This document shows positions 37,705 through 46,528 of a DNA stretch of 47,177 nt, piece by piece (position 1 is the first letter of the stretch; every line of letters begins with the position of its first letter). A program made the position numbers and the translations under genes. Origin of the DNA: Archangium sp. GTDB lineage: Bacteria > Myxococcota > Myxococcia > Myxococcales > Myxococcaceae. Location of the stretch: positions 1-47,177 of the forward strand of contig JAYUVR010000164.1 in NCBI GenBank assembly GCA_043753955.1, written 5' to 3'. The notes under the pieces were generated by a model, which was given only the letters and a program-made list of their open reading frames with translations, did not search any database and was not told where the DNA came from.

Positions 37705-37915
37705 ATGAAGTCGGAAAAACCCTGGGAAACCATGTTGGCAGGCGCAAGAAGAGATCCCCCGAGGGGCGAACTGGGTCTACGAGCCGAAATGGGACGGATT
37801 TCGCGCTTTGTGTTTAAAGAGGGTTTCACCATTCACCTCTGCAGTCGAAACGGACAACCCCTTGAACGCTATTTCCCCGAGGTGGTTGAAGGGCTGAAAC
37901 AAGCCATTCCTATCG
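37705..37915 (+). pseudogene. Remnant of an ATP-dependent DNA ligase (LigC/LigD-ligase type), N-terminal ~70 codons
   Basis: Frame 1 reads 'PWETMLAG...PRGE' and 'VFKEGFTIHLCSRNGQPLERYFPEVV'. The intervening adenylation motif 'WVYEPKWDGFRAL' (37772-37810, Lys codon 37787-37789) is readable only in frame 2. No ligase sequence follows about 37915. Confidence 0.6.
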
Positions 37916-38062
37916 AGATGGTGGAGTCTGTAGATTTTCGCGCTTTACCCACTCTGAAACATCGTGCGCATTTGCTCAGACATTGCGAGTTTCACGGTGC
38001 ATTTGTTGAAGAACAAGAAGAACGCTGACGTGACTGATCAGCACATCACTTTCACGAGGGTC

Positions 38063-38794
38063 ATGCCCAAGCTGGTTCTCATCGTTTCTGTGCTGTTTTC
38101 AAGCGCATGCGGCCCGCCTCCATCAACGCTAAGTCCGCCACCAACGACGCTTAAACTCGACCCCTTCTTTCGAAAATATGTCGATGCCGACGGTATCCCT
38201 GTCGTGTCAAACAACTCAGTTGATGACGCAGCACTTCTCGAGTCAAAGCGATTGCTTGAAGCAGCGGTGCCCGCTGAACTCCACGGGCGATTTGTCTCGG
38301 CAGGCTTGCGAGTAGAACTGTTCGACGAAGCCGAAGGCCTCAAAAGCCTCCCGGAGCATCAAGAAGATTGGGCTTCGTATGGCGACCTGTGCGGCCTTAC
38401 CGAAACGACGACATTCAGGGTCTCGGTCAATGCCCAGGCAATGCTGTGCCGTTCGCAGTCATGCAATGTCGGCAGCACGTTTCTCCACGAAACCGGTCAC
38501 GCTACAAGAGCTGCGGTCAGTACCGAACTAAGTGACAGCATTGAGCGTGCCTATACTCAGGCCATAGCGGCAGGCCTTTGGGCCAAAAGCTACGGTCGGC
38601 GCAATTCAGATGAGTACTGGGCGGAGGGCTCTCAAATTTGGTTCGACGCCAAGCCTGCCGCACTGGGTGATGGCATCAATACTCGGGCCAAGTTGAAGGC
38701 CTACGACGAAACGCTTGCAGGGCTACTTACGATGATGTTCGGCGACGACGAGTGGCGCTACGAATGCCCTCAAGGACTTCCGACTGATAGTTGA
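38063..38794 (+). CDS. Putative zinc metallopeptidase lipoprotein (HExxH)
   Basis: Lipobox 'LFSSAC', GAGGG upstream of ATG 38063, 'FLHETGHA' and 'DEYWAEGSQIWFDA'. Confidence 0.5.
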   Translation: MPKLVLIVSVLFSSACGPPPSTLSPPPTTLKLDPFFRKYVDADGIPVVSNNSVDDAALLESKRLLEAAVPAELHGRFVSAGLRVELFDEAEGLKSLPEHQEDWASYGDLCGLTETTTFRVSVNAQAMLCRSQSCNVGSTFLHETGHATRAAVSTELSDSIERAYTQAIAAGLWAKSYGRRNSDEYWAEGSQIWFDAKPAALGDGINTRAKLKAYDETLAGLLTMMFGDDEWRYECPQGLPTDS

Positions 38795-39618
38795 TTGGTG
38801 AGATATGACTCGAAAGTGGAGCTCATTTCTACCGCTCCCTTCTCAAGAAGGATTTCCATCGCCTGCTTCGATGTTTTTTTATCTTTAGGTAACAAGATGC
38901 AATTGTGCGGTCGCCCAATTTTTAGTTCACCTTGCACGTGATCAATGCTGGCTGTGCACAGGGCAGAGCGTACGACCCAGTTGTTTGACGCGAGAACGAT
39001 GAAAAATCTTTCAACAAGATTGGCAACCACCAATGGATTCAGCCGCCACTCTTTGAGCTCGCCGTGAAGAATAATGGGCTCGTTGAACTTTCTAGCCAGG
39101 TATCGTGCTCCACTGAAACGATGGGAACCGTCTGAGTTCGACAGAAAGATTCTTCCGTCCCACTGTCGCCACTCAAATTGAAAACCGCCGAGTCTTTCCT
39201 CAACTTCAGTGACGAGAGTACGCGCTTGAGCCATCGTACAAACTCGCTTGCTCTCGTGAACTTGAGCAACGATCTGGTCGAGTGAAACCAAGCGTCTCAG
39301 ATCCGCTTTTGAACAAGTGACACTTTCAATCTTGCGTATGTCGATGGCGATTGAGTCTAGAATTCTGGGAGGCAGAGCAACATTTTCAAGCCTTACCGAA
39401 TGTGGTTTGCAGCCCTCAAAATACCGATGCGAACAACCCACAAAGGAGCGTTCCAGGTCGCCTGGGCGTATTGACCCACACGAAGGCCAATCTTCCAGTT
39501 TGATGACATCACTAATTTCCAACGATCCACTAAATGGAAACTCGGGGCGAAGTTTCGCACTATCACACTGCTCCAATTCGACTCGCAGCCTGTCTCCAGC
39601 CGATTTGAATATCCTCAT
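38770..39618 (-). CDS. Orphan hypothetical protein (282 aa from ATG 39618) in the low-G+C islet
   Basis: The open frame extends to 39891, but the upstream part is low-complexity. ATG 39618 gives 'MRIFKSAGDRL'. I recognise no motif. Its 3' end overlaps the convergent metallopeptidase gene by 25 nt. Confidence 0.45.
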   Translation of the reverse strand: MRIFKSAGDRLRVELEQCDSAKLRPEFPFSGSLEISDVIKLEDWPSCGSIRPGDLERSFVGCSHRYFEGCKPHSVRLENVALPPRILDSIAIDIRKIESVTCSKADLRRLVSLDQIVAQVHESKRVCTMAQARTLVTEVEERLGGFQFEWRQWDGRIFLSNSDGSHRFSGARYLARKFNEPIILHGELKEWRLNPLVVANLVERFFIVLASNNWVVRSALCTASIDHVQGELKIGRPHNCILLPKDKKTSKQAMEILLEKGAVEMSSTFESYLTNQLSVGSP

Positions 39619-40300
39619 TTTATGAGCCTGCCGATGCTCTGCGTTGCTGAGAGATTGGGGCACAATCGGCACACCAAGGAGCGCTAAAAATCTCTGTTGG
39701 CTGCGGAAGACAAGGAAGAATAACCCTGGGAAACACGGGCGGGGGTCAGGAGCCGAACGGGCGCTCGAGTCACTTTTGAAATGTTTGGTGTGTTTTGGGA
39801 GACACAGAATCGGTGAAAGTCGGCTCGTTTTGTAGGCGCAGACGCAGAGGTACCGGCCATCCTCCAGGAGAGAAAGGCGCTCATCAGCCACCGGCCCGCG
39901 GGCTCCGTAGCTTCATGATCCCAACAAAGGAAGTCAGGCAGCGATGACCGACACCACCTATTCTGGATATACGGGTGCGGCAGCAACCGGAACAAATTCG
40001 CCTTTCAATGTCGGTACAGCGTATTTTTCAATTGTGTATCAATGGAGACTGATTGGAAATATAAACATCCACGCTTTTCCTGCAATACAACACCGCCCGC
40101 ACCGTGAGCTGCGGCGCATCGGGCTGATACAGGTCGCGACCCACTTCTTTTCCAGCTCTAGCGCTTCGGCTTCATTGGGAACACTCATTGAGGAGGCGGC
40201 CCTTACTGGCCTCGCGTTGCTCAACTCAATGAGTTCCACACAGGGCCACACGTTTTTTTAGTCAGGCTTACGGATGAAGCTGTCCCGACTGAGGGCACCG
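38795..40300. other. Low-G+C islet
   Basis: Hand counts give 27/60 G+C for 38821-38880, 26/60 for 38881-38940 and 30/60 for 39061-39120. A carB line (11401-11460) gives 38/60. Confidence 0.5.
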
Positions 40301-40314
40301 AGCTGGCCAGTGCG

Positions 40315-40931
40315 TCACGGCGTAAGTGTAAAATACAGCTTCGCCATCACAGGCATTGAGTCGGAATCAGCACGCGCATCATTCACTCCAGATTCCAGTA
40401 CAAAGGCATACTCGCCTGGTGGAAACGCTGGGCCTTTCGGTTGGCTGTGGTCGCTCGGCCCATTCCATTCGCGGCCGTCCCACTGAAACGTTTCCTCAAA
40501 TCGGCCCGCAGTCGCCCCTGATGAAAGCCCGGCCTCGCGGCAGCGACCTACATCACAAAAACAGTACGAATGCGTGCCACCTAAAACACGGGTCATCACA
40601 AACACATTGGGGCCAGCCAACGGTTTTGCACACATCTGATGCTTCGAACTCCACGATTCTACGTATTCCAAATCTCGCGCAATCACCTCGACGCCAAAAC
40701 GAAAGGTGATGCCTTGAGCGCCTTCAGCGAGGGTGAAGGCACACTTCTGCACAGGAAAATCGAACTTGAGAAACGGCTGGGCGTCAATTCAACCCGACAC
40801 AACGTCGCCTCAGGCGTATCAACGCCCACTGAGGGGCCCGGAGCCGGCTCGAATTCCGCTTCCGCGATGAGGGCTGAGCGCCCACATGAAAACACCAACG
40901 ACGCGCACACTATCACTGCAGGGGTTCGCAT
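40315..40931 (-). pseudogene. Secreted or lipoprotein gene split by a -1 frameshift
   Basis: 'MRTPAVIVCASLVFSCGRS' (ATG 40931) is in one frame. The 145-aa body ('DAQPFLKFDFPVQKCAFTLAEG...') opens in the adjacent frame immediately after a TGA at 40789-40791. The junction lies between about 40750 and 40790. Confidence 0.45.
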
Positions 40932-41127
40932 CAGCGGCCCGCGCTGCAATGCATAGACCCTTGTGCAGCCGAAAACTTTCGCGGGCTTGAAAAGGGCGCA
41001 GATTTAATTATCCGAAAAAGGCCCTCAGAATTCCACGCCTCCACGTAAACCGGTTTCAGCGGTGGTTCGTTACTGGGTGAACCGAGCGTGCCTTTCACCT
41101 CACGCTCGCGTCATTTGAGGAGCCACC

Positions 41128-42228
41128 ATGTTTCGCATTCTTCTTGTTGCACCCTTACTCTTGATACTTCCGGCGTACGCACAGGTTCAATCTGTCCCTG
41201 AACCCAAAATTCAAATCGCTGTACTGCTCGACACTTCTGGGAGCATGGATGGACTCCTCAACCAAACTCGAGAGCAGCTTTGGCGCATCGTCAACACTTT
41301 CGTAAGCGCAAAAAAAGAGGGCCAACGGGCACGGCTGGAATTGGCACTCTATCAATATGGAAACGATTCAATCTCGTCTTCCGCTCACCATGTGCAGTTG
41401 ATTCTTCCGCTCACAACTGACCTCGACAAGATTTCAGAAGCACTCTTCAAACTGACGACCAATGGCGGCAACGAATACTGTGGCGCTGCGATCTCACACG
41501 CCCTGAGCGAGCTCAATTGGAGTACACGCCCAGGAGACCTCAAACTTGTCTACATCGCTGGAAACGAACCCTTTACACAGGGGCCAATTTCCTTCCGCGA
41601 GTCGGTCAAGAACGCAATCAATCGAGGCATCGTGGTGAATACCATTCATGCGGGCACCCAAGAGCAAGGCATTCAAGATGGGTGGTTAGCGGCGGCTCAG
41701 CTGGCTGACGGAAATTACCTTTTCATTGACAGCAATCGAGCAATTGCCCAGGTCAAAACACCTCAAGATGCTGAATTGGCAAGACTGTCGCGGGCACTCA
41801 ATGACACCTACGTGGCGTATGGAGCCAAAGGTGGCGAGGCGGCGGCTCGGCAAGTTGATCAAGACAAAAATGCAGCGAACCTCAGCGCCTCAAGCATTGC
41901 GACCCGCGCTGGCTCGAAGGCCTCAGCACTCTATCGCAACAGCGAGTGGGATTTGATCGACGCCCGCAAGGAAGGCAAGGCCGTTCCCACAGCCGAGCTT
42001 CCTCAAGAGCTCAAGCAGCTGAGCGAGAACGAACGCGAGGCATTCCTCGCCAAAAAAACACAGGAGCGCACCACCCTGCAGCAACAAATCGCGAAACTTT
42101 CAGCCGAGCGTGAACGTGCCATCGCCAGTGAATTGAAGAATCGTGCCCAAAACAGCAGCAAAAGCATGGACGATGCCCTCATTGAGTCAGCGCGGGCACA
42201 AGCACAGAAAGCAAAATACGTCTTCTGA
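41128..42228 (+). CDS. Secreted von Willebrand factor A domain protein
   Basis: Signal 'LLVAPLLLILPAYA'. Intact MIDAS 'VLLDTSGSMDG'. GAGGAG upstream of the ATG. Confidence 0.75.
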   Translation: MFRILLVAPLLLILPAYAQVQSVPEPKIQIAVLLDTSGSMDGLLNQTREQLWRIVNTFVSAKKEGQRARLELALYQYGNDSISSSAHHVQLILPLTTDLDKISEALFKLTTNGGNEYCGAAISHALSELNWSTRPGDLKLVYIAGNEPFTQGPISFRESVKNAINRGIVVNTIHAGTQEQGIQDGWLAAAQLADGNYLFIDSNRAIAQVKTPQDAELARLSRALNDTYVAYGAKGGEAAARQVDQDKNAANLSASSIATRAGSKASALYRNSEWDLIDARKEGKAVPTAELPQELKQLSENEREAFLAKKTQERTTLQQQIAKLSAERERAIASELKNRAQNSSKSMDDALIESARAQAQKAKYVF

Positions 42229-42339
42229 CCTGAGAAAGATTGAGAGATATCGCTAGCGAATGTCGGGTGCCCGTGTCAATTCAAGGTGTCATCTCGACAG
42301 CGCGATGTCATTTCTCTCAAGCTGGTAGGCCATTTCGCA

Positions 42340-43227
42340 ATGACAAACAAGCCAGAGCCCTTCATTCAATCGTTCAGCGAAGAACTCAGACTTAATTGCT
42401 CAGATTTGCCAGCGATAGAGGCTGTTTTGACTCGGCTCCTCGCGCAAGCTCGAGCCGCTTGGCCCAAAATAGAAATTCAAGAAGATCGTTTCGTTCAATT
42501 TCTAGCTGAACGAATTCCTTCAGGGGCAGAGCCGCTCGCGGTGCTTGAGAAGCTTCCTGCGAGTGATTTGCTTGTTGCGTGGGGGTGTACTCAAGGCCTG
42601 TCGCCCGCGCTTGAGGCCTTTGGAAGGCTGACTGCGCCAGTCATGAATCAGCTCGTTCGCCGAGCGCGTATGTTTGGCATTGATAGCGAAGAGTTTCGGC
42701 AAGAACTCGGGGTGCGCCTTTTCGTCAAAGACAGCAGCAAGAGAGGTTTCATTTCGACGTATTCAGGAAGGGGGCCTCTGGGTGCATGGTTTCGCGTTAT
42801 CGCCGCACGATTTCTCGCAGATGAAATCGAACGCCAAGCCCCAGCCGCAAACCGATGGACGAATTCCGAAATGTGGGTAGAGCAAGTCGGCGACATTGAT
42901 ATTGAGAAATCGGTGCTTCGCGGTGAATTGCGCGGGCCTTTTCAGCAGGCAGTCAATGAAGCCGCTGAAAAGCTCACATCACAAGAGCGAATGCTGTTGC
43001 AGCAATACTATACCCACCACGTGGGTATTGATGGTCTTGCCAAGATTCTGGGCGTTCACCGTTCGAATGCCTCGCGTGCAATCGTTCGGGCGCGGGCTCA
43101 ATTTCTCTCTGTGGTCAAACAACGCCTCGGCCAACAGCTCAAACTTGGAAGCAAAGACTTAGACAGTATCGTTCGACTGTTTCGAAGCGACCTGACGATT
43201 TCGCTCGGAGGCATTTTGAAAGAGTGA
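42340..43227 (+). CDS. Sigma-70 family factor, TIGR03001-like (second copy)
   Basis: 'LLQQYYTHHVGIDGLAKILGVHRSNASRAIVRAR'. Start set at ATG 42340 ('MTNKPEPF'). Confidence 0.7.
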   Translation: MTNKPEPFIQSFSEELRLNCSDLPAIEAVLTRLLAQARAAWPKIEIQEDRFVQFLAERIPSGAEPLAVLEKLPASDLLVAWGCTQGLSPALEAFGRLTAPVMNQLVRRARMFGIDSEEFRQELGVRLFVKDSSKRGFISTYSGRGPLGAWFRVIAARFLADEIERQAPAANRWTNSEMWVEQVGDIDIEKSVLRGELRGPFQQAVNEAAEKLTSQERMLLQQYYTHHVGIDGLAKILGVHRSNASRAIVRARAQFLSVVKQRLGQQLKLGSKDLDSIVRLFRSDLTISLGGILKE

Positions 43228-43311
43228 AGAGCCAGCATTGAAATGCCGCAACATTCTCTACACGCACCGACAAACCCAGCGACGGGAATTCACCCGGACT
43301 GGAGAAGCATC

Positions 43312-44322
43312 ATGTCAGCGCGCATCGAAGGCAACGCAAGTCCCTCGCAGAACCCGGGCCATACACTCAACAAAAATGTAAAGCTGGGAGAAGACGAAAA
43401 GGGACAATACGTCGTGGTGCTGCCGGGAAACACGCCGAGCACCATTTCTCAGCACCTTGAATCACAGGGCTTGCCAGTGCCTCGTGAACTCGAAGCACAC
43501 TACTTCAGCAAAGACGATGCTGGCCGCCCCGACACCACCAAGCACGAGAAGAATCTAAAGCCTGGGACCAAATACTATCTCCCGGTGGACCAGAAAGAGA
43601 GCGCACCGTATTCGGGGTGGCTCAAAACGAATCACGCGCCGCCGCGGGGGAGCGATGATTTTAAGTTGTCAAGCATACAGAAATTGCCTGACGTTCCGGC
43701 AAATCAAAAACACAACGTCATGAAGAATGAATACCTGGGCTCAATCGCAAAGCAATACACAAATGCGAATGGTTCACCGGTGACAGTGGCCCAATTGAAA
43801 GAAGCCAATGCAAGCCTCTTTTCTGACCCAAAACGAAAAGAGGGCGACCTTATCAAGACAGGCGAAGACCTTCGGCTCCCGCCTGGCGCTCAAAAGCGCG
43901 GCTTCGAAGCAACGCCCGCAAATGTCCCAAGTCAGCCGGCCACAGAAGTGCAGGCGAGCCCCACGACCGCGCCGAGCTGGGCAACGAATTTTGTTTCGTA
44001 CGTCGAGGACATCGTCAGTGGAAAGAAGACAGGCTCTGAAGGGGACGCGATACGTTCTCTCGAGAAAGATCTCAAAACAAACACTCAAGGAGCCAACAAG
44101 GAATCTTGGGTCAATGAATTTGTGGGTTACCTCAAGTCGCTGACCAACGAGCAGCTGGGTGACACCAATGAGGCCAACTACAAGAAGTCTCTCGCGAGCG
44201 CGACGCTCGTTTGGGCTGACAACCCATCTGTCGTCATTCAAGACGGTCAACTTCGAGATCAAGTCTACGCCAACACAAAACAGCCCGATTTCGCACAGCG
44301 GATAGACAAGCTTCTGCAGTGA
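43312..44322 (+). CDS. Protein with two LysM-like segments
   Basis: GGAGAAG lies 6 nt upstream of ATG 43312. 'YLGSIAKQYTN...VTVAQLKEAN...GEDLRLP' and 'YVVVLPGNTPSTISQHL...GTKYYLP' are LysM-like. Confidence 0.45.
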   Translation: MSARIEGNASPSQNPGHTLNKNVKLGEDEKGQYVVVLPGNTPSTISQHLESQGLPVPRELEAHYFSKDDAGRPDTTKHEKNLKPGTKYYLPVDQKESAPYSGWLKTNHAPPRGSDDFKLSSIQKLPDVPANQKHNVMKNEYLGSIAKQYTNANGSPVTVAQLKEANASLFSDPKRKEGDLIKTGEDLRLPPGAQKRGFEATPANVPSQPATEVQASPTTAPSWATNFVSYVEDIVSGKKTGSEGDAIRSLEKDLKTNTQGANKESWVNEFVGYLKSLTNEQLGDTNEANYKKSLASATLVWADNPSVVIQDGQLRDQVYANTKQPDFAQRIDKLLQ

Positions 44323-44591
44323 CCGATTTGCGAGAGAAATGAAGGAAACATCTCGCCGGCCTTTTCTCTTTGCATCAGCGGGGAATCGCGATTTCTCGCT
44401 CGGTGGCTGTTATTACCCGCCTTGCCATAAGACAGCTGACACCTTGGGGATGCCAGTCACGCCCTCGCCACGAACGCTCGTAGCGGGATTGGCGCAACGC
44501 GCCCCAGCACTGGGCGTCGAACCGCACCCATTCGACACATTGTTGCCGCTTTTCTTGAAGGCGACTCCGGCGGGGGCCATTATGGGAGCAG

Positions 44592-46241
44592 ATGCACAAT
44601 CGAGCACGATTGTTGACCTACCTCGCCCTTCTCTTCGCTGTGGTCCTGACGCGCGGCTTGTTGATCGGCTCGACTTGGCACTCGACGAGTGAGCTTCATA
44701 CTTTGCTCGAAGTCGTCTCTGCATTGCTCTCGGTCATCGTCGGCGCCTCGGCCATGATTCGATTTTACGCCCGCAAGACGAGCCCCTTACTCTTAGCGGG
44801 GGTCGGCTTTTGTGGAGCGGCTTTCCTTGATTCGGTGCACATGGCCATCACTTCCTCTTACGGTTTGGGCCCCGATTGGTTTTCGGGCTCTCTCGTCACC
44901 TGGACATGGTTTTTAGGCCGCTTCTTCCTCGGTGCGTTTCTCGCCGGGCGTGCTTGGCTTTGGGCTTATCGCCCCGATTCACCGGTTCGCGAATTTCCAG
45001 TTTTTACGATAGCCGCTGTATTGAGCATTCTTTTCGTCGTGGTGATTGCGATTGTCCCGCTGCCCGACATGGACCAACACGCGCGCGTCTTTTCTCGGCC
45101 CCAGGAACTTCTGCCCGCAGTGCTGCTGGCCTACGCAGTGGTCATGCACTTACGCATCGGGGCGTGGAAAGACGACCCCTTCGAGCATTCCCTCATCATC
45201 TCGATGATTCTCGCATTCGCTGGTCAGGCGCTCTTCATGCCCTTCTCTGCCGTCGCCCACGACGCCATGTTTGACGGGGCACATCTTCTGAAGTTGGCCA
45301 GCAAGGGCGTCGTATTAATTGGCCTGTTCGTCGGTACCTCGCGGCTGTTTCGGGTTGCAGAATTAGACCAAGAGCAACGTACCTTCGGTTTTCTCGAGAA
45401 CCTTCCCGTCGGAGTTTTCATCGTTAATGCCAAAGGCCAACCGTATTATGCCAATAAACATGCGCTCAATCTGTTGGGCCAAGGGCTCGACCCTCGAGCC
45501 ACCCAAAAAACGATAGGAACGGTTTACCAGGCATATGTCATCGGCTCTGAACAAGAGTACCCCTCTGACCGAATGCCTATCGTCCGAGCGCTGAAGGGGG
45601 AATTCGTTACTGTCGCAGATATGGAAATACGGAAAAAAGATGTGAGCATACCGCTCGAAGTCAGCGGGGCTCCCATCGTCGATAAAAATGGCAAAATTAT
45701 GTATGGGCTGGCCACCTTTCAAGACATTCGCGCGCTCCGGCGCATCGCTCTTGAAGACCCCCTGACTGGCCTCGCCAATCGACTCGCGTTGCAAGAAGCT
45801 TTCGGCCGCATGGCTGGTTTCTGCTGGCGAACCAGCCAACCGATTTGCGCCGCACTCATCGATCTCGATCGCTTCAAACACGTCAACGATTCCTATGGTC
45901 ACGACATGGGAGACAAGGTGCTCAGACGTGCTGCTGCCGTCATTGGGAAAAGCATTCGCACCAGCGACCTCGCGGGGCGCTGGGGCGGCGAAGAAATCGC
46001 TGTTCTCTTGCCTGGCGTTACCCTAGCACAGGCGGTGTATGCAGTTGAACGTGCCCTTACAGCAATGCAGACAGAGCAGTTCGAGTTCGAGAGCAACACG
46101 TTCTCGGTGACTTTTTCTGCCGGCGTCGTCACCGTCGAAAAGGGGTTTTCACTCGAGCAAGCCATCGCCTTGGCCGATCGCCCTCTGTATGAAGCCAAAC
46201 AAGAGGGGCGCAACCGTGTCTACGCCATGCCACGCGATTGA
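44592..46241 (+). CDS. Membrane sensor - PAS - GGDEF diguanylate cyclase
   Basis: About 8 TM helices, then a PAS-like 'FLENLPVGVFIVNAKGQPYYAN'. The GGDEF domain has 'DLDRFKHVNDSYGHDMGD' and 'RWGGEEIAVLLPG'. Confidence 0.85.
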   Translation: MHNRARLLTYLALLFAVVLTRGLLIGSTWHSTSELHTLLEVVSALLSVIVGASAMIRFYARKTSPLLLAGVGFCGAAFLDSVHMAITSSYGLGPDWFSGSLVTWTWFLGRFFLGAFLAGRAWLWAYRPDSPVREFPVFTIAAVLSILFVVVIAIVPLPDMDQHARVFSRPQELLPAVLLAYAVVMHLRIGAWKDDPFEHSLIISMILAFAGQALFMPFSAVAHDAMFDGAHLLKLASKGVVLIGLFVGTSRLFRVAELDQEQRTFGFLENLPVGVFIVNAKGQPYYANKHALNLLGQGLDPRATQKTIGTVYQAYVIGSEQEYPSDRMPIVRALKGEFVTVADMEIRKKDVSIPLEVSGAPIVDKNGKIMYGLATFQDIRALRRIALEDPLTGLANRLALQEAFGRMAGFCWRTSQPICAALIDLDRFKHVNDSYGHDMGDKVLRRAAAVIGKSIRTSDLAGRWGGEEIAVLLPGVTLAQAVYAVERALTAMQTEQFEFESNTFSVTFSAGVVTVEKGFSLEQAIALADRPLYEAKQEGRNRVYAMPRD

Positions 46242-46528
46242 ACGCGGTTGATTTTTGTGTTGCTGAACAAGTCACCGACTTCGGTCTCTCGGGGCGCTCG
46301 AGGCAGGCGACCGCTCGTCTCGGTGGCCAAAGTACGGCAGCACCTCAAAGGCAGGTGGAAGCCCGGGCTCTCTGGCTGCCCCAGCGACCGCCCGAACCCG
46401 ACCAAATGCTCTTTCAGATCAATTCAGCTTCTGCGTCGCACTCGACGAAGCCCTCTGTGGCGCAAACCGTTTGAAGCCCTGAACTTGGAACGATACCTGG
46501 TCTGTTCCGCTTCAAAGCTTTGATGGGG

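Noticed and set aside
37522-38028. 168-aa ORF as an intact gene
   Set aside because: Its 5' third is antisense to speA2, and its recognisable content is a truncated ligase whose catalytic motif is out of frame. It is treated as a pseudogene remnant.
39944-40261. 105-aa plus-strand ORF and 70-aa minus-strand ORF in the islet gap
   Set aside because: They overlap each other, have low-complexity or odd composition, and lack an SD. They are not reported as genes, and the region is flagged as a finding instead.
44339-44692. 117-aa plus-strand ORF upstream of and overlapping the GGDEF gene
   Set aside because: It overlaps the GGDEF start by 100 nt in another frame and has no motif or SD. It is more likely 5' leader sequence.
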